This document shows, in pieces, positions 13,402 to 25,060 of a stretch of 64,000 bases of DNA. Within the stretch, counting starts at the first letter, position 1, and the number at the start of each line of letters is the position of its first letter. Made by a program: the position numbers and the translations under genes. The stretch spans positions 125,798,001-125,862,000 of the forward strand of contig OX597818.1 of NCBI GenBank assembly GCA_951406725.2, in the 5' to 3' direction. Below the pieces are notes generated by a model. The model did no database searches, was not told the origin of the DNA, and worked only from the letters and a program-made list of their open reading frames with translations. Source of the DNA: Octopus vulgaris. Lineage: Eukaryota.

Positions 13402-13405
<4 letters not shown>
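13287..13405 (+). mobile_element. 3' part of a fourth SINE family ending in (GGTGAC)n
   Basis: GCTTAGCCAGCG..GGTGGCGTCATTTGAAGGCTAAAACAAT..GTGACCAGCGATGTGTA is shared with 25925-26156 (-). Confidence 0.75.
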
Positions 13406-13443
<38 letters not shown>

Positions 13444-13452
13444 TATATAAAT

Positions 13453-13781
13453 AGGGTAAAAAAAGCCCTTCGGTCATGAATGACCATGGGATTGCACCTA
13501 GAAAGTTCCGTTCCGAGGCACAAGTTTGAGAAAGGCTGTTTATGGAAGACCAACAGTCACCCATGCATCCCTACCTCCCCTCTTCACGACCGATTCTAAC
13601 CAGGCGAAAGGCAAATGTCGATATAGCTTGGCACCAGTGACGTCGCAATTCATTTCTGCAACTGAGTAAACTGGAGCAACGTGAAATAAGTGTCTTGGTT
13701 CAGAACCCAACACACAGCCCTGTCTGGAAATCAAACTCACTACCTCATGATCGAGAGCCTGACGCTCTAACCACTGAGCCA
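13453..13781 (-). mobile_element. tRNA-headed SINE with V-domain-like centre, full length
   Basis: GGCTCAGTGGTTAGAGCG A box. Reverse-complement homolog of 22156-22488 over its full length. Confidence 0.85.
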
Positions 13782-14279
13782 TTCACATATGAATAATATG
13801 TGTGTATAGGTATATGTACGTATCGCTTGATATCTACTCCTGTACATTATTGTGCAGGTATATAGTAATTTCTTCTCATCACGAATTATTGTGCAGGTAT
13901 ATAGTAATTTCTTCTCATCACGAATCGGATCAGGCTGTTATGATAGCTACTATGCTTCACTGAAGAGGCATAATAAGGCTGAAACATTTTCCTAATTTCC
14001 ATCATGTTTGCTAAAAGTAAAGTTAACTGTTCTCTCTCACTATTATACGCTACTTGACCATTTCGACTTAATGGTTCAAGTAGTTCCAAAAATTCGATCG
14101 TTAAATGAGACGTATTCACATATATGTTATTAATGTCAGTTATGGTTTCGATATTTATCACTGCTCTGACTTCTGATATTGTCAAATGTGGTTAGTCCTT
14201 ACATTTGGCATTACTTTTGCTATAGGGTGAGACTGGGTCATATAATCAAAATTATTAAACTACCAACAAGCCTTTCTTT

Positions 14280-14485
14280 AACAGGTAGTAGCCCTGAAGT
14301 ATTGGGGAAGGGGTCTAGTCGACTACATCGACTCAGTGCTCAACTGGTACTCATTTTTATCGACCCCGTAAGAATAAAAGGCAAAGTCGACCTCGGTTGT
14401 ATTTGAACTCAGAAGGTAAAGACAGACGAGATGTTGTTAAGCATTTTACTTGGCGTTCTAACAATTCTGCCAGCTCACCCCCTTA
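14280..14485 (-). mobile_element. Older Meta/MESC-like SINE
   Basis: Diverged head and central domain, head-to-head with the trimer at 14513. Confidence 0.8.
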
Positions 14486-14512
14486 ACTAACCTGTTAATA
14501 ATGAAAACCTTA

Positions 14513-15061
14513 GGCGGCGAGCTGGCAGAAACGTTAGCATGCCGTTACGTTCTGAGTTCAAGTTCCGCCGAGGTCGACTTTGCCTTTCATCCTTTCGGGG
14601 TCGTTAAATAAGTACCAGTTACGCACTGGGGTCGATGTAATCAACTTAATCCGTTTGTCTGTCCTTATTTGTCCTCTCTGTGTTTAGCCCCTTGTAGGTA
14701 GTAAAGAAATAGGTATTTCGTCTGTCTTTACGTTCTGAGTTCAAATTCCGCCGAGGTCGACTTTACCTTTCATCCTTTCGGGGTCGACAAATTAAGTACC
14801 AGTTACGCACTGGGGTCGATGTAATCAACTTAATCCGTTTGTCTGTCCTTATTTGTCCTCTCTGTGTTTAGCCCCTTGTAGGTTGTAAAGAAATAGGTAT
14901 TTCGTCTTTCTTTACGTTCCGAGTTCAAGTTCCGCCGAGGTCGACTTTACCTTTTATCCTTTCGGAAGTCGATAAATTAAGTACCAGTTGCGTACTGGGG
15001 TCGATGTATTCGACTGGCTCCCTCCCTCCAAATTTCGGACCTTGTGCCTAGAGTAGAAAAG
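14513..15061 (+). mobile_element. Trimeric Meta/MESC-like SINE (A-A-B tails) within one target-site duplication
   Basis: Three central domains about 180 bp apart, with junctions AAAGAAATA|GGTATTTCGTC at about 14711 and 14896. Flanking direct repeat AATAATGAAAAC at 14497-14508 and 15062-15073. Confidence 0.9.
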
Positions 15062-15459
15062 AATAATGAAAACATTGGTAGAATATGTTAAATGTTTTTC
15101 CTTTTGATTTCACTAGATTTACTTGTTTTTCAGATGATTATTTTAATTAGGTAAGTTTTGTTTAAAGTGATTGTCCTTGATAGATATTACGTAGAGATTA
15201 GCAACCCTGATACAAATGAAAGAGTAAAGTAATTTAAACGTTTTAAGACGAAGAAGAGAATGCGGGTACTATTTGATGGCACAACGTGAACATGCAAACA
15301 AACCGAATGAGTGAATGAACGAATAAAGACACACGCGCACATTATTGAGACGTGTTGTGGTAATGAAATTTTAAAAGCATTTTGAAGTGCTGTCATTTGA
15401 AAATTTTCATTCCAAGAATAGTCAATGCCCTTTATGACACTTTTTCATAGGAATACTTA

Positions 15460-15791
15460 AGAATAGCCCGTACTTTCAATGAGACTTTTTTTTTATATAA
15501 GAATACTTAAGAGGAAGTTTCTGGTACGAAACCGGCAACAGTCGACGATTTGAACAAGACTGTGCTCAAATACCAAACGAAATGTTTCTTGATGCTTGCA
15601 ATTAATTCCCCTGTGTCGAATTATCAGCAGAGCCTGCGCAAGAATGGTCATGAGTTTGAAAACGCGAATTCATAACAAAAATTAAATTCTGTCAGTGGGT
15701 TGTATTAAATTTTATAATTTAAATCTATTTTAATAAACACTGACTTTATCATCATTCATTGTGTGTATACTTGTTTGTTTTGGACACTGTA
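15460..15791 (+). mobile_element. Tc1/mariner (DD41D-like) transposase 3' remnant with terminal repeat
   Basis: DFFL*EYL..TKPATVDDL..CAQIPNEMFLDAC remnant, ending ...TTTGGACACTG-TA. Confidence 0.55.
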
Positions 15792-16957
15792 GATACTTGT
15801 GTGTGTGTGCGTGTGTGTGTAAGTGTGTGCGTGTTTCTATTTACAGATACACACTAACTATTTCTTGAGGAGGAAAATAAACCAATACTGCATGCTAAAG
15901 AACTATATAGTTCACAATAACCAACCGACCTCGACAAAGAAAAAAAACTTAAAACAAAAATTTCCCTTACCATATGGAAAGTAATTTAATTATTTATTTC
16001 TGAAGTTTAAAGAAAAGGAAACAATTGACAAGTTAATTAAATTTTGCTTTGCTTTTTTTGTTATTTTTTATAATTTTTTTCTGCTTTACGATTTGGATTC
16101 CTGTTTTATTTTTAATGAAGTGTAATTTGATGAGGAGTTGTTTATTTTGATCGTGAATATTTGTTGAATGTTGTGTATTCGTACGACTGGTAGATTGGTT
16201 GGCTGGTTGTTCAGTCGGTTGGTTTCGTCTTTTTTTCCTTTTCTTTTTTATAACGTCCATTTACCCATGCAAAGAGTGAATATAAAATAATAATTCAAAA
16301 CAATCCGAAACGACCTCAAAGAACGGAAGATTAAATGATAGTGAGAGAGACAGAAAGAAAGAGAAAGAGGGGGAAAGAAAAAAAGAATGAAAGAAAGAAA
16401 AGATAAGAGTAGGCGGGTGAACTATTCACGCCATCCATCAAATCATTAGAAAGCAATATCCAATGTCATCGGATAATATTATTATTATTACTTTCCAGGA
16501 CCATTTTTTATAACAGACCGACATCCGAGAAAGGTGATCTGTTGCAGAAAGCAACAACAAAAATTAAATTACCACATCGTTGACAGCACCAAAATCAGCT
16601 TCAGAAATAACTAGAATAATGAAAAATTAACTTTCATCCTAAATTCGTAAACATATTTTTTATAAACTTATAATCTCACAACTTTAATGTAGACGATTAA
16701 AAAATTCGTTTTGTCATCGTATGTTATTAGATTCGATCCCACAATGCGTCTCTTTTGGCAAATGTCAGTCTTATCCCAAGCTTTGCTGTGTTCTCCAATA
16801 TATTTAAATTATCCGCGGAGGTCGACTTTGCCTTTCACCCTTTCGGGGTCGATAAATTAAGTACCAGTTGCGTACTGGGTTGATGTAATCGACTGCCTCC
16901 CACCTCCCTCAAAATTTCGGATCTTGTACCTAGAGTAGAAAATATATCTAAATTATA

Positions 16958-17357
16958 AGGCAGTGAGCTGGAAGAAACGTTAGTACGCCGGGCGAAATGC
17001 TTAGTTGTATTTCGTCTGCCACTACGTCCTAAGTTCAAATTCCACCGATGTCAACTTTGCCTTTCATCCTTTCTGGGTCGATTAAATAAGTACCAGTTAC
17101 GCACTGGGGTCGATATAATCGACTTAATCCGTTTGTCTGTCCTTGTTTGTCTTCTCTGTGTTTAACCCCTTGTGGGTAGTAAAGAAACAGGTATTTCGTC
17201 TGCCGTTACGTTCTGAGTTCAAACAGACTTTGCCTTTCATCCTTTCGACGTCGATAAGTACCAGTTACACTCTGGGGTCGGTGTAATCGACTTAATCCCT
17301 TTGTCTGAACTTGTTTGTCCCCTCTATGATTAGCCCTCTGTGGGCAATAAAGAAATA
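16958..17357 (+). mobile_element. Dimeric Meta/MESC-like SINE, preceded by a 5'-truncated copy at 16812-16940
   Basis: Junction AAAGAAACA|GGTATTTCGTC at about 17190. Flanking repeat AATATATCTAAATTATA / AATAGATTTAAATTATA (16941-16957, 17358-17374). Confidence 0.9.
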
Positions 17358-17967
17358 AATAGATTTAAATTATATTCATTTCACCGCATTTTACAAGCAA
17401 TGGCGTCTGTGATTACAGGTTCCTAAACAGTACGTAATTACCTGACTGAATTTCTGACGGAAAGACTAACAAAGGTTTTCTGTGCAACTCGCGAAGAACG
17501 AATAGGACTGGGGTTTTCGTTGGAAAATACCTTTTTTGAAAGTCTTTCCCTCCGATGTGTGTACATTTATGTCTATGTATCAGTGTGTATAAAACGAACT
17601 AAAAGAGGAAACTGGAAAGCGTTTTCTTATAATTGAAAGTATATTGCAATTTAGACTAGGAAAACTCTGAAATGATTTCTATGATATGATTTTTAATCTA
17701 ACTTAAGAAATCTGGTCGAGATATAAAGGGAAACGAGAAAAATAAAAAGGTCTACTAAAGGAATGTGTGATGATCCGTCCCTTTCTACGTTCACCAAAAG
17801 TTAGTTTCTATCTCACTTCATATATAATATTCTTCAACTACTTTGGGGAATAGGCTCGATCGTTTCGGGGCACACCTGTCAAGGGTTCTTGATAAATTAA
17901 ACTGACCTTTTCTACTTAGTTTCGTACTTGCATTATTAACCCGTATTTATTGAATAGTAATTATCAT

Positions 17968-18790
17968 ACAGGATATTCGGGCTAAATTTAGCAGTTTGCA
18001 TAAATGAAAAAGAAAATACCGTGTAAAATTTAATCACTGAGCGAGAAGTAAAAAGTAGCAGCACGGAATCGTGAAGTGTGTTTGACACTTAAATGTGGCG
18101 GTCCTATACGGGGCGATGCTACTGTTGTTTATAGCCCCAAGAAGACATCTCCCCCAGCTGGTTAACGACACACTGTCTGTGTCTGATTAGTCACACTGAT
18201 GACAGGATATTATTCAGAAACCCGAGTCTGTGTGTATGACGTAAGGCTAGAGATGGGCCGATGATTTCCCTTCGCAAATACTAATCAGACAGTGTTTCGT
18301 TAGCCAACTAGAGGAGATGTTTTCCTAGGGCTATAAACAACAGTAGCATCGTCCCCTACCGCCACATTTAGGTGGCACATATACTTCATAAAATACATTT
18401 TAAAAAGATCAAAAAGTATATCAACTAGCTCATGGCTGGGAGGTAACAGTTTACTCAGAGTAGCTGCTCTCAGCTCCCATCACGGTCTCAATATGGCTCC
18501 GGAACCTGACGCATGCATTCCTTACTATGCCACTGGAAAGATATTTGAACATCACCTTGATCTTGGCCAGCAGCTCGACCTTGGTGTTGCAGGCAGAACG
18601 ATTGGTGTCTTCCTCAACCGCACTCCAGACAGTAATACATGAGATTAGAATCAAGGGAATTAGGAGGTTAGAAATTGGAGTTGGCGAAGTCGTAGAAATT
18701 TTCCGACAACTTCTGACTCTTTCTGGATGTATGGCGAGCAGCAGCCGTCTCCAACTAGGGTTTAACCCTAGTCTTCAGCAGTTTCATAAA
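17968..18790 (-). mobile_element. DD37D/maT-like Tc1/mariner 3' fragment with terminal repeat, interrupted by a MITE
   Basis: VWSAVEEDTNRSACNTKVELLAKIKVMF..VRNACVRFRSHIETVMGAESSY. The end TACAGGATATTCGGGCTAAATTT matches the reverse complement of the end of the 60010-60805 copy. Confidence 0.8.
18072..18388. mobile_element. MITE with long (about 120 bp) terminal inverted repeats
   Basis: Left arm GAAGTGTGTTTGACACTTAAATGTGGCGG..GATGCTACTGTTGTTTATAGCCC..GTCTGATTAGT. Right arm CTAATCAGAC..GGGCTATAAACAACAGTAGCATC..CCGCCACATTTAGGTGGCACATATACTTC. A partial relative lies at about 9017-9090. Confidence 0.85.
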
Positions 18791-18984
18791 ACCATTTGAA
18801 GTGACTGACCTAAGTCCTTGTCCAAGGATATGAGGGTTGGGAGGGGTGGGGACCTGACGTCATAAAAATCGGCAAATTTAGCTCGAACATCCATTATACG
18901 TTCTTTCTAGAAGGACCACATTCAATGTGTGTCTCTGAGTAGCGACGGTAAGTATTATCATCTTCGTACGCATAAACTCTACAC

Positions 18985-19305
18985 CAGTGGTTCTTAGCTA
19001 TTTATTATCTATAAATCCCTTTGATTACTATCTTACTCTGGAGGAACCCTATAGCCATTCGGTGTTTCAAAGCTAGTTTTATAGATGCTTCTTTTAAAAC
19101 TCCCATTTTGTTTTCACGTATTAACTCGTAAAATAGTAGAGAAAGAAACTAAACGGTTTCTTGTAATAAATAAACCTAAAGCAAAATTTGCTCATGGACC
19201 GTTAAATACTGAGGGAATCTTCAATTTTCTATTTTGCTAGCATTGACCCCCAAAAATCTTATATGGACCGTCAGGGGTCATATGGACCGTGGTTGATCCC
19301 TATTA
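18985..19305. mobile_element. hAT/Charlie-like non-autonomous element
   Basis: CAGTGGTTCTTA start. The subterminal GGGGTC(C)ATATGGACC motif is shared, inverted, with 53144-53350. Confidence 0.65.
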
Positions 19306-19399
19306 CTTTACAGTATAGATTAAGTATTCTTTCGTCTATTAAAGTGAATCTTCTATATTGTCACTCTCATGTCTCTCGCATGTGCGTCCTCTATTAGTG

Positions 19400-19700
19400 A
19401 AGATCAGTGAAAGCAACGTTGCTGCCTTAGCCATCAGGTAAGCTCCATCCATCTGACATCATTTAGATTAGTAACTTCCCACCTCATCGTGTTAACGCCG
19501 CATGTACTGATGGAGCTTGTTTTGCTCCACTCTCAATCAACATTTATATTCTCCAGGGTTTGGTTTTGTCTCCTACTTTCTTCCCTCTACACATTAATGA
19601 CCTTCTGGCCACCTCATCCAATAGCGCCGGTTCTTATGTAGAAGTCACAAAACTTCGTGATGCAGCACGAAGTTTTGTCAGTGAACAGGTCGCGGTCTCA
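19400..19700 (+). mobile_element. CR1/Jockey-group LINE reverse transcriptase fragment
   Basis: LQGLVLSPTFFPLHINDLL..SYVEVTKL corresponds to a decayed PQGSVLSP..INDL..YADD. Confidence 0.7.
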
Positions 19701-20328
19701 AAGCGACGAAAATATTTTGACAAATTAAATTTAAATGTTGACGCGAATCTAACGGGTGTTTTTGTGTTTCTTAAATGGCTTATAAACACCTTTCACTCTG
19801 CAATTGTTTTCCTTCTAGCACACGATCTCAGATCAGGTCACTTGCTATGCAAGTACATCTCCGTATTATATATATATATATATATATATATCATTAGTGC
19901 CAAGCAATGTTCAGACAGAAGTGAACTTTAGAATAGTCAAAATGCGCTTTTGACATATTTCATCTTCAAACGGCAAATTCAGTGCCGTACCCGTAGAGAA
20001 AAATTCTCACTTTTATTATAAGAGAGAATTTTCTCCGTAGTAATTGCAGTGAATTTGACTTTAGATGTTGAAATACGTCACGAACATATTTTGTTTTGAA
20101 AGTACCCTAAAGTTCCCAAATACATACATACATACATGCATGCATGCATACATACATACATACATACATGCATGCATACATACATACATACGTACGTACA
20201 TACATACATACATAAATACATACGTACGTACATACATACATACATACATACATACATACATACATACATACATGCATGCATGCATACATACATACATACA
20301 TACATACATACATACATACATACATACA

Positions 20329-20359
<31 letters not shown>

Positions 20360-21130
20360 GTGTGCGTATGAGTGTGTGTGTGTTTAAATTGATGACCTTA
20401 GACATATCCATACTCTTGTACACATACATACCATCACTGAAATTTGTGCATCCCAGACATTCTCAGTCGCTATTCTTAATAGCTAGGTCAGCTAATTTTC
20501 TTCACCATCCAATCTAGTTGGATCATACGATTATAATTAATTAACAAGTCTGTATTATGGCTCTATTATCAGCCCACAGATGTAATGGCTTGATGCTTCG
20601 TATGCCTATCCTTCTATCCTTTTCAGATGTTTATTTATGACAAGATTATTAACTATTATTTTATAATTAACGTAATGTAATTACGCTTGACATGGTTCAC
20701 TGAACGAAAATTACTTCCTGGTAGCTTGAAAAACTGTGTGTCTCTACGTACGTCTTTAGGTGTGTATGTGTCTATGAGTGAGTTCATACAATAGATAAAT
20801 ACATACATGCAAGCACACATACATACATGCGCACATACTTACACATAAACATGCATAAAACAAATTCATTTACACAAAAAACACACATTCTCCCTGTTTT
20901 TCTAATGTATGCGTAAGTGTATGCACATCTTTGTGTGTAATGTGTGTTTGCACATAACCCTGTAATTGCTTTTGCATGTATGTGTGTGTGTGTGTGAGTG
21001 AAGACCTTTATATGTAACAATCTACTTTTCTTTCTCACTCTCTCACCCACGCTAACTCTATCAATGTATGTATGTATGTATGTATGTATGTATGTATGTA
21101 TGTATGTATGTATGTATGTATGTATGTATG

Positions 21131-21165
<35 letters not shown>

Positions 21166-21513
21166 ATATATATATATATATGAAGAGTGAGGGAAACAGA
21201 TTGATAGATAGATATACATATACGTATTTATGTTGAATATACTTATAAGCATCTCTCTCCTTCTCTCTCTCTCTCTATCTATATCTTCTCTCTTTTTCTC
21301 TCTCCCTATATATATATATATATACATATATATGTATATATATATATATTTATATATCCATTATACTACCGGCATATAACCTATGTTTAACCATGGGCAT
21401 ACATATGCAGTCTATTTCTATTGAATTAATAAATAATAATTGATGTAAGTTAATTGGTGTTCATCAATATTTCACTGCTTTCTGTTTTATTTATTTATAT
21501 ATATATATATAAA

Positions 21514-21901
21514 CTAGCAGTATCGCCCGGCGTTGCTCGGGTTTGTAAGGGAAATAACTATAAAGCATTTTTAGAGAGTTATAGCCAAAAAATAGAAAAA
21601 AATGGAAAAAAATTATGGTAAAAAATTATGGTAAATTTTTTTTGAGAGTTAAAAAGGTCGAGTTGCGTCCCCTAGACAGTTTGTGGTTTGTGTTTCTGAT
21701 TCTCGACCCCATGTCGAATTTATCGATTTTTTTCAGAACTGGGGGAACTTTTCAAAATTTTCTCTGCGTTAGTTTTGAATTATGACATTGGGCTATGTGT
21801 GTGTCAAGTTTCATCAGAATCGGTTGAAAGCCGTGGTCAGGGTGAGGGTACAACCTGACAGACACACAGACACACACACAGACAAACTGCCGTTTATATA
21901 T

Positions 21902-21904
<3 letters not shown>
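21514..21904 (-). mobile_element. Non-autonomous Helitron, complete
   Basis: On the minus strand: 5' TC at 21904, 3' hairpin (CCCGGCGTTGCTCGGG, 21526-21541) and CTAG end at 21514. Inserted between A and T with no TSD, and carries an internal (CAGA/CA)n. Confidence 0.85.
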
Positions 21905-21972
<68 letters not shown>

Positions 21973-21997
21973 TATATATATAAAGAGATAGATAGAC

Positions 21998-22063
<66 letters not shown>

Positions 22064-22155
22064 ACATACATACATAAATAAATACCTACGTACATACATG
22101 CATAATGCATATATATATATGTATAATATACTTACATGCATATATATATATGCAA

Positions 22156-22488
22156 GGCTCAGTGGTTAGAGCGTCGAGCTTACGATCGTGAGGTTGTGAG
22201 CTCGAATCCCGGACCGGGCTGCGTGTTGTGTTCTCGAGCAAGGCACTTTATTTCACGTTGCTCCAGTTCACTCAGCTGTAGAAATGAGTTGCGACGTCAC
22301 AGGTGCCAAGCTGTATCGACCTTTGTCTTTCCCTTGGATAACACTGGTGGCGTGGAGAGGGAGGCTGGTATGCATGGGTGACTGCTAGCCTTCCATAAAC
22401 AACCTTGCCCGGACTTGTGTCTAGGAGGGTAACTTTCTAGGTGCAATCCCATGGTCATTCATGACCGAAGGGGGTCTTTACCCTTTTT
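22156..22488 (+). mobile_element. tRNA-headed SINE with V-domain-like centre, full length
   Basis: A box GGCTCAGTGGTTAGAGC, B box GAGCTCGAATCCC, then GAGCAAGGCACTT..TTGCTCCAG. Variants with other tails at 31381-31600 (+) and 51865-52130 (-). Confidence 0.85.
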
Positions 22489-22539
22489 ATATATATACAC
22501 ACACACACATATATATATATACAAAAAGACATACATACA

Positions 22540-22570
<31 letters not shown>

Positions 22571-22769
22571 CAGGTCATCCCATAAGTTCTGTCCGATTTT
22601 ATCTGTTTTAAAATTGAATGAAGTTTAATAGTATTTTAGAATGTCTAATGGAATTAAAATTATTTTTATGTATTTGTGTACATTTAAACTAATTAAATAT
22701 TATTTTACAGAATAATAGAATTAAAATTTCTTCGATTAAAACCCTTTCTAACATGGAAGTATCCAAAGA

Positions 22770-22814
<45 letters not shown>

Positions 22815-22843
22815 TAGATATATAAAGAGATAGATAGACAGAC

Positions 22844-22937
<94 letters not shown>

Positions 22938-23069
22938 GGAGAGAGAGAGAGAGAAACAAACATACATACATACATACAAAAATAAATACCTACGTACATA
23001 CATGCATAATGCATATATATATGTATAATATACTTACATGCATATATATACACATGCATATATATATAG

Positions 23070-23210
23070 CGGGAGAATTGACAAAAAAACAAAAGACAAA
23101 GACAGATAGTGTAGACAACAAACAGATGTACTAGTTTAACGCTCGGGAATTGAAAAAGTCTTTAATGTTTCGAGCTTACGCTCCTCCACAGAAAGGAACA
23201 CAGAAAGAAA
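23070..23210 (-). mobile_element. Penelope-like pseudo-LTR remnant with minimal variant hammerhead fold
   Basis: Minus strand: cttt CTGTGGA G GAGC-gtaa-GCTC GAAA ca TT aaag (23195-23160), followed by a T-rich tail. Confidence 0.5.
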
Positions 23211-23486
23211 CGATATTTTTACCTTTGTAAGGTATTTCTTTCATGCTGGCCACTTGATATTTTCGACACTTAAATATCGATATTATCCTCATATATAAAT
23301 TTATATAATTCGTTATTATATTCACTGCGGTGCTTATTTTAACCATATCGTACTTATGCGGTGATTTGGCGGGCGATTCAGACTGGCTGTGTCCATACGT
23401 GCATATGTATGTATGTACGACGCTCGTATATGTAAGTATATCGTTTGCTGTGCATATATATATCTGTATTTATGTACCCTTGATAT

Positions 23487-23546
23487 ATTCAATTGATGAC
23501 GGTAAAGCTTATCTAAAGCAGAACCAGAAATCCTTGGATCTTGAAT
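23487..23546 (+). ncRNA. Type I hammerhead ribozyme fold with C3U core change
   Basis: attcaa TTGATGA cGGT..ACCa GAAA tcc-tt-gga TC ttgaat: 6-bp stem I, stems II and III present, AUC site. Confidence 0.65.
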
Positions 23547-23679
23547 TATTCAATAATTTTTGCTTGTATGTTTTGTCCCTCCGCTTTACCTCATGGTGCG
23601 ATATGAACATTTAACGTGGTACTATAGTCAGTGTTTCGACTGCTATTTCGGCATGTTGGTGTCTTTTAGACACCCTCAT

Positions 23680-23723
<44 letters not shown>

Positions 23724-23838
23724 CGCAGATACTTTGTTGATAACTTTTCCACTTTGTAAGGGTAATTTGCCCAATATTTCTGCTGTTCTAACATTCTGTG
23801 TCTCTGCAGTCCAAAAATAAATGATCGTCTTATTTGTA

Positions 23839-23884
<46 letters not shown>

Positions 23885-24931
23885 ACAGATGTGATAAAAG
23901 AAATAGACTCAAAATATGGTTATGTTTATATTTTTATACAAAAAATATGTATATCTGTGTGTGCGTGTGTGTGTGTGTGTGTGTCTTTGTGTCAATGTTT
24001 GCCGCCGCAAACTAGCGGACCGGTAAAAGAGATAGATAGAATAAGTACCGGGCTTTAAAAAAAGTACTGAAGTCGATTCAGTCGACTGCAATTCTTTAAG
24101 GCAGAGCTCCAGCCTGGCCGAAGTCTAATGTTTGAAACAAATAAAAGCTAAAAGACAAAAGATAACATATCTATCTATCTGTCTGTCTCTCTGTCTATCT
24201 GTCTGTCTGTCTCTCTGTCTGTCTGCTTCTCTGTCTATCTATCTATTTATCTATCTATAGATATGGATGTACATGTGTGCGTGTAATCATAAATACATAA
24301 ATATGAGCATATTCATATAGACATACAGACATCTCTACTAACACTGTTCTGTTACAAAAAGGCCACATCTCACTTTTGTTTAATTTTCTTATCCTGAAAG
24401 CTAGTCACATACCAATTAAAACAATATGTTCCACTTCATTCTTAGTCGCTATTTCGTGATTAATATAACATATATAAGACATTGCCATGTCTGTTTAATT
24501 ATCTAGACACTCAAACCCTAGCTGGGTCATGTGATTATAATTATTTTACAAATTTACAAATTAACACAGAATAGGGATGTTGGCCATTCATGCAATGGGT
24601 AGCTACTTGTTTTTCTTTCGTTTATTCTCGTAAGTTTATTTATAACAAAATTATCCATTGCGTAATAACGTCATTATATTTCATACGGTTCGCTGGTTTA
24701 AAATTTCCCCCACTTTATCTTGATATATTTATGCTTCTCTATGTATGCTTCTACATGTGCATGTGCATATGCATGTGCATATAGTGCGCATGGGCTTCGT
24801 TTTCATGCGTGGTCTGTATACGGAACTGTATCTGTGACTTCGTGTAGTTTTGTGTATTTATTTTAAAATATATACTTTACTTGACAGATGTCAGTACTTG
24901 CCTATAATAAAGCAAAATATATATAAATGCG

Positions 24932-24971
<40 letters not shown>

Positions 24972-25060
24972 CTCGTCACTAAAGTGAACAGGAACGCTAA
25001 TCAACACCAGTATTGCTAGATATAAGAGTCAAAACAACACAATAGCCAACAAAAGCATTA

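Noticed and set aside
13886-14185. 99-aa protein-like minus-strand ORF next to a 39-bp tandem duplication (13846-13924)
   Set aside because: It has a TTG start just after a stop, no convincing splice sites and no recognised motif.
14513-15061. Regularly spaced repeats superficially like a CRISPR array or satellite
   Set aside because: The units are SINE bodies of about 180 bp without unique spacers. The context is eukaryotic and there are no cas genes.
22156-22230. tRNA gene calls for the SINE heads (also 2130-2206, 3075-3160, 13720-13781)
   Set aside because: A and B boxes are present, but I could not build a complete cloverleaf and each head continues into a conserved SINE body.
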